A stretch of 64,000 nucleotides of DNA from Eremomyces bilateralis CBS 781.70 (taxonomy: Eukaryota): NCBI GenBank assembly GCA_010015585.1, contig ML975155.1. One strand, 5' to 3'. Position 1 is the stretch's first letter, and the number at the start of each line of letters is the position of its first letter. Under the pieces are notes generated by a model, which worked only from the letters and a program-made list of their open reading frames with translations, did not search any database and was not told the DNA's origin. The position numbers and the translations under genes were made by a program. Shown here one piece after another: positions 49,177 to 61,200 of the stretch.

Positions 49177-49633
49177 ATGACCGCAACCGAGGGTTGCACG
49201 ACGCGCTTGGATGTTTGCACGACGCCGCCATTTTACCATCATCATCCTTCCCACCAGGTCTATTACGAGGACCGTCCGCCTTCGTCGCCAATCCTACCGT
49301 TTCAGCAGCGACAGATCTATCCACAATCGATACCACAAACGATACCACCATCGCCTCCCTCACCTACGACCCACACAATCCATTCGCCTCCGAATGCGCC
49401 GGTGCCGTTACGACGACCATCTTTCCAACGCGAACTGCAAAAAAAGGAAGTATACTTCCTAACGTACGTGGCTCGGACCTGAGGCGCGACCGATTCTGTA
49501 TATATCTAAATCATACATATCAAGACGAGACGAGACGACATTACACTGGTCAACCACAAGACGGCTCACGGCACGAAAAGGCACGAACCGCAGTCTAGCC
49601 TTCAGGCTTTCAGGAAATCGACGTTCGGTCTAA
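49177..49633 (+). CDS. Candidate small Pro/Ser-rich protein (~108 aa), intron 49464-49593
   Basis: ATG in CACCATG context after a pyrimidine-rich leader; GTACGT donor, GCTCAC branch and CAG acceptor; in-frame join ending ..FLTLAFRLSGNRRSV*. Confidence 0.4.
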
Positions 49634-51164
49634 ACCCCGTGCGTCTCGCATCGTCACACAAATATTCCCTGCTGTCCTCCCCATTGCCTCGCATCCCTTC
49701 CCAGGGACTCTCAGCCGACCGGGACGCGTGATCTCCTATCCACTGGATCCCCAGCAGCCACGGCTCCCGCAATCCCGTGCCATTGGATGAAGGTATCCCA
49801 GTTAGTGGTTCCGCACAACATCACAGCGCATCAGTGCGCATCAGTGCGATACACGTACATATTGATCCAGAGAGGGGCCGTCGTCAGTGAAAGCTGAAGC
49901 AGGGACCTGACGTCCACACGCTCTACCGGAAACTGTACTGCCGATTCAAGTCCAACGCGGGAGGCCTTTTCCATTCCTAGACGTGCAGTAAGGGGGTCCG
50001 CGCCTACCCTCTGACTTTTCGAGCCGCGAAGGAAGCTCTCGAGGGAGCAACGAAAGCTATCCCACTTGGTGGGACAGACAACGTGGGAAAGCGCGACGGG
50101 CTGGTACCTATTCCGGCAAGCAGGTTAAACTTTTCCTGCTGTTGGACTTTGGTCCGAAATTTGGCTGTTGCTTCACGTTCAGCACGAGAGTGTCCTCTTT
50201 CACGTGGAAACAGACCTGGAGGCTTTCACAGACAGTTCGAACTATCCCCCTCGCCTATCGTCATATCAACCGGATCTGCATTTTGCGTTCAACATTAGAA
50301 GCGAGCTGAGGCAATCAGGGATCAGAAGGCCCTAATTGTGGACTCTGCGTCGCCAGGCGAAGGATCATTTCCAAGATTGGTAGCAGATTATCGACCCGTC
50401 CTACTGGAACCTTCGTTCTCGGAAGAGTCGAAGCTCCGCGACGCTGCATAAACCTGTGCAGGGGCGACGAGAGCAAGGCGTCAAGCAAGGCTCCCATTCT
50501 ACGCCCCTCCCTGCCGTGCATACATGCACATAGAGAACTGACGCCACGCTCGTCGGGGTCGATCGTCTCATTGGCCGGGGATTTGATATCCTCATCCGCA
50601 ACCACCAACCCCCTGGTCTATTGCTGGGCCTCCTGTGGATTTGTAAGACCTTGGGGCCATTTGCACCGGGGCAATTTCTCGGTCGTCGATCTAGCTGCGG
50701 TGGTAGTAAGCCACTGAACGGGCTTTCCCGCAGTGCTCCAGTCCTGTGGCTGCTGAAGACTGGATCACCAGACATACATCTTGACTTAAAGTCATTCCTG
50801 TAAATTCCGTGGCTGACTTGATCATAGTCAGCACGGACTGAGGAACTAGGTGACGCTTAAGGCAGCCTTGTATCCTGCTGGGAGACCTTTCCTGGTGGTA
50901 TAAACCACTACCCAATTGGGAGTCGATCGAGTCTGAGACGTCAAGGTCTGCGCTCCATTTTTATCCAGTGGATGCTCGTCAGAACCTCAAAGAAGGCGTC
51001 ATATCCATTCTATTATTTTATCCTTCAAGTTGCACACTCCAACAAGTGGGGTTACCTTTTTCTATTACGGTTCGTCCGTATATGATATCCCTGGGCATCA
51101 TCCTTGGTCTGGCACACTCAGCAAACGCAACACCCCTGTCATCACACTGCTTCTGGAAGATATT

Positions 51165-53799
51165 ATGTTCCCCCAAGCCCCCCACAGCAATGCGTCTTCG
51201 CCCTCCCCTGCGAAAACACCCTCCCCTGATTCAGACGACGAAATGGCCGAATCAACTTCTCTAAAGACTGAGCGAGGTGGCTCTTCACGCAACGATGGAC
51301 GAGGGACTGACTCTCGCGAGACGACTCGAGATGAGTCCACTGGTGCTGGAGAGACGGGCATCACCAATGGCAATGGAGCAGCAACTAAACCCAATCCCAA
51401 AGACCCGACCAGACCGAGAAGAAAGAAGGCGAGACGAGCGTGCTTTGCTTGTCAACGGGCTCATTTGACTTGTGGTTTGTCTTCAGCCTAGCTTTTATTT
51501 ATTTTGTGGTTTGGCCTCTAATCAGCTTTCCTTAGGTGACGAACGACCTTGTCAGCGCTGCGTCAAGCGCGGTATTGCCGACCAATGCCATGATGGTGTC
51601 CGTAAGAAAGCCAAGTATCTCCATGACGCACCCCCGGAAGCCCTTTTACCGGGCGTGGGAGGAAACTACCATCACCATCTTCGCAACGGCTCCCAGTCGG
51701 CACCCAATGCCCCGCAGAGCAGCTTGCCAATGTCGCAAACTCCACTGGCTCAGTCGGCCCCCTTCTTCTCGCCCACGCAAACCTCTGGTTTCGACATGTA
51801 CCAACAAACAAGCTCCCAGAGTCAAATGCAGCCTCCTATGCAGAGCACCCCCGGAGGCAGCACGTTCAGTAACCAACAGACTCCAATATCTCCTCCCTTC
51901 CAATTAGGGGGACACCAGCAAACGCCCCCTCTCCAAAACATGGCTACCTCCATGCCCCAAAGTGGCCAGTCATCCGTTAATCCGCTCAATCAGTTTGGTG
52001 GCCCGCTCTTCGACCCGAGTGATCCGGCCATCTACAACTTCGATGTGTCAAGCTTCAACTTCAGCAGTAACTACGGTGCGATGGAGTTCGGCATGCTTGG
52101 CCAGATCGCGACCGGTGCTGGCGACAGTGATAACGACAGCTCTCTGAACCCTCCCTTCCCCGGAGCCACGTACGGACAACAGCAACCGCAAGCATTAAAC
52201 TCCGGTAGCTTCTCCGACGCATCGGGGCAGCATTACCTGTTTGGTCAGGATGCCCTTATGCAGGCCGATTGGCAAAGCTCCCATCCACGACCTTCCAGCG
52301 TCAGCGGTCTGCTGAGCACTCCGCATAATACTCCCACTGTCGGACCAGTCGATCTAGGCGGAGTGGCTACTGGTGGGATGCCGAATGCATACGCAATCGG
52401 TGCCGGACCAGGCAGTCTATCATCAGCAAGCCCTGGTTCAACGGCACAGGAGATGGGTGGGTTTGATAATCAGCCCATCTCCCCAAGCCTGTTCAGTACG
52501 CAGCCTCCGGGAGCGCAGCAGCAACACCAGGTACCTATCTACCCTGGACCTCAGGCGGATTCAACTGCGAAATCACGATCACAATCCACGCCTGGGAACC
52601 TCGCGCAGGCAACCCAGGCGCATGCTCCTGAAATACTGGCGCACCACCAACCCGTTCAGAACCCTCAAACATCGCAACAGCCCGTGCAACAGCTCCCTCC
52701 TCCACCTCCTCGGGTCACCAAACGACAGCGTGACGCCTCGGTCTGCTACAGCGTGAAAGAACCGTACGGATATACCGCCTCGTTTCACGCCCTAGTCTCG
52801 ACCCTTCGTTCCCGGCTCGGCCATGGCAATCTGGTTCGTGTCGCACGCTCCCTTTCTGCGGTTCGTCCGTCGTTCATCTCCTGCCAAGAGCATCAATCGC
52901 GGGAGGATCTCGTCCACGCGGAGAAAAGCTTCCAGCGCTGGCTGTGGGAATATGAAGGCTACTTGAATGCTCACGGGACGCCGACGATCATCCTGAGACG
53001 GACGGGAGAAGTTGCCGCGTGTAGCAAAGAGTTCTGTATCTTAACCGGGTGGAACAGAGAGGTGTTGCTCGGCAGGGAGAAGAATCACAACAGCAACCGG
53101 TGGGAGGTGAAGGATAGCCGGGTCGGCACTGGGAAAGCCGGGCTAAATACACCGCGAATCCCGACCCAGGAACAAGAGCGGGAGCGAAACATGAGAAATG
53201 GCACCCGGAGCCCCGAGCTCCGTCGAGGCGGCCAGGAACGCGAGGCGACGCCGCAAAACTCGCTGCCCGGGAACACGCCACAGAAATCCCAGAACGCAGA
53301 AAAGCCAGTCCCGATCTCGATCGCCGAGCTGCTGGATGACGATTCCGTGGTCCAGTTCTTCGACGACTTCTCGCGCCTTGCTTTCTCAGCATCGAACGAC
53401 TGGGTGATGCGACGGGGACGGATCTTAAAGTACCGCGAGCACCCCCCCGATAGAGCGGCGGCGGAGACGGGTCCCATGCAGGATGTAGACGGGAGGACCG
53501 GAGGGGTCAGTGAGGAGCGGGCTCAGGGGGGAAGGGACCGGGACGCTTGGGTCAATCAACAAGGCATTGGAGGCTTGCAGGCCGTGCATGGTTCTGGGTG
53601 GAAGATGGAGGGGGAGGCGGGGATGAATCGGTTAGGTGAGAAGGAAGGGAGCGTGGATACCATGTTCTGCTGGCATGTGAAAAGTGATTTGTTCGGGATG
53701 CCCGCCTTGTTGGTTATGAACGTGAGTCTTGCCCCCGTCCCCACCTTCGTTTACACTCTTGCTAACGACTTTCAGTTCCTCCCTGTTCTCTCGCAGTAG
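51165..53799 (+). CDS. acuK: Zn2Cys6/PAS transcription activator of gluconeogenesis AcuK/Ert1; introns ~51474-51536 and 53722-53775
   Basis: [67 protein letters not shown] and final MNFLPV. Start could be 51243 instead. Confidence 0.92.
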
Positions 53800-54230
53800 A
53801 GAAACGACTGCAGCTGGGATTTCTTTTTCCTTTGTACTCGCGAAAATGTTTCATCTGCATGTCCCAGGGCTTAATTCTTCATATCACGGCGTTGCGCGTA
53901 GGGCTTCAGAGGCACGGGTTGTTTGCCGATCTGAGCCAGGAACATCGTGACAGGTTGATGAATTCTGCATTTTACGAGATTCACGATCGGCATGAAGAGG
54001 ATCGCCGGCTTGGCCTCCCTCGGGGGAAAAGAGGGCTGCCCAAGCAAATGTGTTCTATTTATCAATCCACAGTTTGCGCATCAGGCGTGATGCCCGTGAT
54101 ATCGGTGATATTCTATGACGTTGCGATTCTCCAGCGCTCTAATGTAATCGGATCTGCGGGTTGTATCTATTGAAGGGCATCGCTCATCGCTTCGAGTACA
54201 CGAAAGCTCGGCATCAAGCTCTCCTAACGT

Positions 54231-55077
54231 TCATTTGGCCGCGCCGGTTCCTACATCATCTCCCTCCCCTCCATCCGCGTGCCAATTCTCCCCGAAATCC
54301 ACCAACCACGGCTGCTTCGCACAATTCAAGTAATCCTCCCGCGCCAGACTCCTCCTCGCGACCTCCACATCAGTCTTAATGTCTTCAATCAGCGCATCCA
54401 ACCCCTCATAGTCATACTCCGGCCGAATATAGCCCAGCACCATGAGGCTCATCCGCGCGCCGTAGAAGTCTGACTTGAAGCCATGGAGGAGGTGCACCTC
54501 GCATGAGAGTCGCTCGTTGTTGTAGAACGGGTTGTTCCCGATGGAGAGAACTGCGGGGTGGATCTGCGCCACGGGTGACGAGGGGACGGAGGTGGCGAGC
54601 GTGTCGGTGGGGGTGTTGGAGCAGACGAAGTCGAGGCCCGCCCAGCCATAGTAGACGCCCTTGGCTATCTCGGAGTTGCCATCGATGGCGAGGCCGGAAA
54701 TTGGAATGTTGGCCGTCGGGATGCCAAGCTGGAATTACGTCAGATAAGTTTGAAATAATTATGCTGGCGAAAACAGGGCGTCAAATAGGGAGGGGATGTT
54801 AAGAGTTTCTTATCGTGACTTGACATGAATGATAGGGTCCATAGCAAGAACAATAATAAACTTTACTACATAAATTCCGCAAAAGACATAGATATAAAAC
54901 CAACACAAAATAGCAGTTCAAAAACCGTACCTCTTTACTGCCTCTGCCAAAGCCTTTGATGACCGGTCCTCTTATCCGAAGAGGAAACGGCGGCCCTACT
55001 TTGTCTGGCCCGGCAATGGGCTCCCTGGGCTTCCGCGGCCTTGCTTTTGAAATGTCCACGGTGTGTTCTTCCGCCAT
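54231..55077 (-). CDS. FMN1: Riboflavin kinase, one ~200-nt intron
   Basis: [36 protein letters not shown] and GYIRPEYDY. Confidence 0.95.
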
Positions 55078-55768
55078 ACTACAAAACGAGGCACGTATCT
55101 GTATCCGTTCCAAACAGGTCTTTGGGTTAAGTTTGCTTGACGCAGCAGATACCGAGGCTCGTTGGATTTCGGAATATGGATATCAATCAGGGTTCAGTTG
55201 TCCCGTCAAGTCAAACTGAGAGAGATATCAGATTGCCGCCTGGGTGCCTCAGGCACATTGGTTGACTAAGCAAAGAGGAACCGCAGAGTAGAATAGAGTT
55301 GGGCGGGACTTCACCTCAGACGCTCTCAGTGGTAGTACTAAGTTACGTATTCGAATCGATTAGGACTTGGTGGATGAACGATAAAGTGTCCTTCTATAAT
55401 GCTAGGGTGCTGCGGGGTCGCAATTGAGCATCAAATGGAACTGAACAGTTGCAGTCAACCTGAATATAAACCCCAGAGAGAAGCTTGTTTATGTGAATTG
55501 CTTCAAGGAACTCTCAAGGGGTCGAAGACACTCGAAGTTGATTAGAAGTCTTCATTTGTCAGCCGTTACCATCTCCATATCTTCACAGGGACCGTGCCGC
55601 TTGATAGGATTAGTGGATGTCTGTTATTCTTGAACACTAAAAATGAAGATCGATTGGAGGAGAGTAGCCGCAGTTCCAAAACTCCCCGCGACCCTCCAAC
55701 CCCACGCCAGAGTAATTAAACGACATTAAAATACAACCATCCAGCAGGATATAAATCGTACACCAACT

Positions 55769-57566
55769 TTAACGAGCCCTTCTACGAACTCTCATCTTCA
55801 TCCCACCTCGAGGCTTTGCATCCATCCCCAATTCCTGAAACGCCATATCTCCAATCTTCAAGTCAAAGTCCGTAAACGGGACTCGCTGGGTAGAATTCGG
55901 CTGTACATCGACGGCCTCGAAGTCAAAGTCGCGGACCGTCAGCAACAGCGCAATCCGCATCTCCTCCAAGGCGAGTTCTTGCCCCGCACACTTGCGCGGA
56001 CCTCGTTCAAACGGCCTCCACCCGAATTGAGTAGCGTGATCGGGATCGACGAATCGCTCCGGATTGAACTCGGCGGGATTGTGATAGATAGTGGGATCGT
56101 AGTGCATGCTATGTTGCACAGGCGCGATCATTAGGTTCGCCGTCGGGTAGTGTCGACCTTCCCACTGCACAGTGCTGTCCTCGTTGCCGACGCGGATTCC
56201 GAATCCGACGGGGTAGAGACGCAACGTCTCTCTGAGAACAGCTGTCGTGTATTCGAGCTTGTTGGTCTTATATGGTTCATGACGGAGTATTTCGACTGTG
56301 CGGTCCGTACTCGGATCGAAGACGCGAGCATGCTCGTCGCGTAGTTTCTGAGCGACGTCGGGGTAGCACGAGAGTAGCATATATGCCCACTGGTGCTATG
56401 TCAGCGAGTGAAATTGAGTAACCCACGGACTATAACTTACGCAAATAGTACTGGTGGTGGTTCCTTGACCGCCAATGAGAAGAGCCTTGAGACTAATCGT
56501 CTATTATTAGCACGGGCATGAGATCAAGGAGACCGAGACATACTTTTGCACGGCAAGATCTACAAATTCCGGGTCTAACTCCACCGAATCGGGCAATCCT
56601 TTCTCTTGACATTCTTTCAGCTTGTCTCTTAAGAAGAGATCCAGGATGCTGTATGGGTCTTTCTTTGTTGGTACGACTTTGGAGTCCCGTAGTAACCTAT
56701 GTCTCTCTTTCACCGTCCGCCCAAGGCTCTGATCGACTTTTCGCCTCACGTTACGCAAAGCCCGTTTCGCCGTGAACTTTTTAACTGGATTCCACGTTTG
56801 ATTGGTCGCGATGAAGTTCGCCATCATGACTCTCAAATTCCGCAAGTACTCCGACCCGCCTGCCTGCGCGTGCAATCGCTCATTGAACGTAATGCGACCA
56901 ATGATATCGAAAACCGCCGCCGCCGTGTGATCCTCCAACCGGAATACTTCGCCGCTATCCGCCAACCTCCCCAGAGTGTCTCGGAAATGCAGGAATTCCT
57001 CGACCATCACGCTCACTTGGTTCTTGATATGTGCCGGGGCGAATGTCGGCGCCAGCATGTTGTGTAGATGCTTCCAAAGCGGGTTGTTCGATGTCGCGAT
57101 GTTATTTTCCTTGATGAGCGGGCCGAGGAACTCAGATTCCATCTTGTGCTTCGGTAGGCTTTTGAGCACCGTGACTTGGTGAGCGGTCTCCGGGCTGACG
57201 AGGATAAGCTGGGCGGGACCCAAGGGCCACAGATCCATGTAGTAGAGGCCGCAGAGGTTGTATTTTTGGGCGATGTAGGTGTAATAGGCTTGCGGGTGGA
57301 CGTTCGGGGGGAACAGCTTCACGACGTCGCCCATGATGGGGAGATGGCCGAACAAGAAACTATGAGGTGGTTTCGGCTGAGTGGACGTCAATAAATTGGT
57401 CGTAACCAAGGAGACTATAATTCGTTGCCAATGATCATGGAGATGGAATGAAACGTACGAGATCTTGGTAAAAACGTCGGATTTGTACAAGCCGAACCAC
57501 GAAGTAAACCAGCGATGCTGCCGTAGCCGCCAGCACGATCGGTACGCCTTTGGAGTATTCCATCAT
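55769..57566 (-). CDS. Cytochrome P450 monooxygenase (StcS/VerA-like group), three introns
   Basis: PKPPHSFLFGHL, YMDLWP, ETLRLYP, PERF and WRPFERGPRKCAGQELA. The I-helix exon reads LLIGGQGTTT. Confidence 0.92.
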
Positions 57567-58727
57567 GCCTATAGGTTCCGTGTACCTTTCCTCGTGGGCC
57601 GCGATACGGTTGTTTCGCGCTCTATCTTTGATCAGTAGATACAGCGGCTTCGCAGATTGCCCCTATACCATGACTCCCAAATCAAAAAAAAAAAACGACT
57701 TCCCAACTTTTAAGAGTGGACACGCAGATTGGAAGGATATCGTGAAAATAAAAAAGGTTTTAGACGGAGCGACTGGAACAAATGATTCAGAGGTGGTTAG
57801 CTCTCCTTTCTCGTATGCGAGTTCTCGCAACCGTGAAGCGATAAGATTGAGTCGAATGAGACTCCTGCTGATCAAAATCAAGCCATTTGAAGTCCTCATC
57901 CAATGAAAAGGCATGCGGAAAATTGGAAGCTGGAACAGACACGGCTTGAAATTTAAAGCAGCCATTCCGCTCCCCAGAAAGCGATTTAATAAGTCAGCAG
58001 TCAGCAAAAGACCAGCGACGTCCGTAAGCGCGCCTTGTTGTGCCTGAGCATTGGGAGCAGATATGGCAATATGGGGCGCGTGGCGTGACCCAAGACTTGT
58101 ATGTATATGACAGAGTGCCACTTGGGAGTTGGGAGTTGGCTAGTTGGGGGCCAGTTGGCAGTTCCGCAGTTGTCGCCAGTGCCCAGTTGGGAGTTGACAG
58201 AAGCTCGGACCACAGCCAGATTGAAGCTCGGATATATCGCAACCGATACCGGCAATGTTGTCGATTTGCCATCTTCCATCAAAGCCAACACTCCGGAGTC
58301 CAGACACTCTCAAGCATCGACGGTCTGGACACTGTACCCTGTATCAAATCACCAATAAATAGTGTTGGTTCACTGATTCACGTGCGAATTCTATTGAACT
58401 CGATGCATTTTTTTGGATAGCAATAAGCTATTTCATGTTATTATCGTCAGTTGCAACCGATCCGGCTTCTGCCACCCCTTCCTTGCAAGAGGGGAATGTC
58501 AATAAGGTAGGTAGGTAGGAAGAGAAATAGGAGAATGCATGGTGCACCAGATACGAACGGATATCCTCCCATGAGCGCCCTAGTACTCCCATTCAAAATG
58601 CCTTAAGCTGATAATAAATGCATGAAAAGAGAACAGAAACTTGACACACGGTCTGGAGACCGGTCGATGAATGCGACTACGATGGTTATCCGACGAGCGA
58701 CTTCGACTGCGGACCGGCGAGAAGCAA

Positions 58728-59792
58728 TCATTTCGTAAGAAAGTTGAGGTAGTCGGCCACGATGAGCGTCACCATCCTAGAAATGTTGTCAGCGACACGA
58801 TCAACCCGGAGTAACATGAAATGCACTCACGCATGCGGCGCGATTCGGACATAATACGTGGCGAAACCGCGGTAGAATCTCAGGATCCCCTCCTCCCTCG
58901 TAACCTTCGTGAAACAATCCAACATCCCCTTATACGGCAGCGTGCCATCCGGTCCCTTCGTCTGTTTTTGCAGCCGCGTCTTCACAAAGTCGAAGGGCAG
59001 GCTGAAGTAGCTGGCAAAGAACCCAGCGATCGCGCTCGCCGCTAGCGTCTGGTTCCGCGGCGACAGACTCGTGTCCTTCAGCTGGCTCTTCGCCTCGGAG
59101 AAGAAGGCTAGTTGGCCGAAGTTCAGTGCCATGGCACGGACGACTGTCGGATTGCAGCCGGCCCAGAGGGCGCCGATGCCTTCGTTGCGCGAGATGCGGG
59201 CTAGCGCGTCAAGGACGGACTTGTAATTGGCGCGCTCGGCAGCGGGTTTCAGGCCGTCGGATTGCATGCGAATCAGGGACAGATCGGCGGGATTGCCAAT
59301 GAAGGCCGCTATTCCACCGGCGGCAAGGCCGGCAGCAGCACGTTCCTTGAAGGCGACCTGTCTGTCGGCCTTCGCCGCCCGGGCGTTCACACCGTTCATG
59401 AACGTGTCGAAGAAGCCAAGGCGGGCGGTCGTGTAGACTGCCTGGCGAAGGAGGCCGGCGGACAGTCCCGTGTATAGGTCGAGAGCTTTGCCTGAAGCGA
59501 GGAGTTCCCGCGTGACGGTGATAGGGGTGGGTTTGGGTCCGCCTCTGGCGCCCTCGCCCGCGAGTTGGAGGCGCACTTTGACCATGTCCACGGGCTGGAT
59601 TACGGCAGTCGCCGACATTCCGCCGAGGCCGCCGTTGATGAACGGAAGCGCTGCTTTCATGAAAGGGCTGCGTAGAAATGACTTGGTAGCATCCTGAGGG
59701 TTATCTGCAACGTCGACCAGACCCGCTTTGGTAGCGCTAATAGCAGAGGTAGGTTGGGCCTTGGAGACATCAAGGTGGGTGGATGGAGGCAT
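58728..59792 (-). CDS. Mitochondrial 2-oxoglutarate/malate (dicarboxylate-type) carrier, one 3' intron
   Basis: Three carrier signatures (PVDMVKVR, PADLSLIR, PFDFVKTR), GLSAGLLRQAVYTTARLG and RIAPH. Confidence 0.93.
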
Positions 59793-61200
59793 CCTGACTG
59801 TTGTCCTGTTGTCAGTCAGATCTGTCCCTCCCTATGCTTCCAGACGGGGAGTACGAACAATTTGTTCCAGGAATGGAGATTTCAACGATCTTTCAGCAAT
59901 TGAAGCTCGTACAGTCCACCAAGCCCTCTTTTTCGAGGAGCAACGCGACTTTTCAAGGATTATAAGCGGTAGATATCGGTTGTTCTTGAGGACCTATGGT
60001 CCCTGGAGTATCCTGATCCGCAGCCCAGGTCAGCGAATATTTTTATCCGGCTACACACCATACCGTCACGGAGACTCGACACCTGCAGCGTGGTACCCAC
60101 AACGATGTCCATGCAGCCGCGAACGCATCGGCAGGTGGTGATAGCCGGTATTGGCGATCACCGTGGCTCATTGCATTCGTCGCATTGCGTTCGTCAGACG
60201 GCTGCCGGTTTCACGGGAGTTGCTAGGACGCTGCTCGAGTTCCCTTCGGGATGTTTCGGGAAAGCGAAAGGCTCCACTCACCACGACAGATTCGTTTCCG
60301 ATGCAGCGCTTGTTGGTCTTTTCAAGACCGTTGGGGGTACGTGAAGCGCTGTTCACTCGGCACGTTCCACACGTTCGAGAGGCGATATCGGTGACGTGAT
60401 GGTGATGTTGTTGGGCTAGGCACATGGAATCCCACCACCAGCAGCTGGCGCTGGAAACTTATAGGTTTCAAGAACCGGGCGGAGTTCGACGACTGGAGCT
60501 CGAAAAGAATGGACAAAGGTGAGCAGAGTGCGATCATTCAATTACCAGTCATCATACAGCACGTGTCAACTCTCAATGGCTCTTTGATAGCCGATCAGGA
60601 AGATATTCGATTAATGGTTCACGAAAGAATCAGTCGGGTGGGATGGCGATACCGAGAGAGAGGAACAAGGGAAAGAGCGACAGGCAAACTTCCTGTTCTT
60701 TTTGAGAAGGCGCGGGCATAGATTCAGTCACGGGAGGGCAGGTGCGATATATGGTCGAAGTACCTGTACCTGCCATGTCTCCAATGGAACAATTTACCGT
60801 ATATCTCCTCCCGTTGTACTGCTGCCGTATCACTGTCGTATCTGGGGGGGCAATCAATCAATGTGCGGATGGATGAACCTGGTGCAATGAGAGCTGAGAT
60901 GAGAGTGCGGGGTAAGTATGATGACGTTTGTACCGGCTGGTCGCTTCCAGCGTTCCCTGTGACCCCCTCAGTCGCTTTTCTCCTCATCTTCTATTGAAAC
61001 TTGAGATGAGACATTGACAAGCCAGCTATTGCAAGAAAAGACACTCCCGTACGACTCTCTGTGGTCTGTCGTCGTCCCGTGAAAAAATTGCTTTTAGCTC
61101 CCTGCAGACCATACTAGCCACCGCTCGGAATAAGCTCAAGTAGCTTCCGCTCCGATCTGCACCGAACAAACGCTCGGGGATCCACTATGGACTGTTGCAT

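Noticed and set aside
54729..54930. Unusually long FMN1 intron (and DHA1 intron 45281-45530) as snoRNA or riboswitch hosts
   Set aside because: No box C/D pair or recognisable aptamer by eye; an Rfam scan would be needed.
60600..60990. Short minus-strand ORFs between the carrier and the HET gene
   Set aside because: No motifs and interrupted by stops; cannot be distinguished from intergenic sequence.
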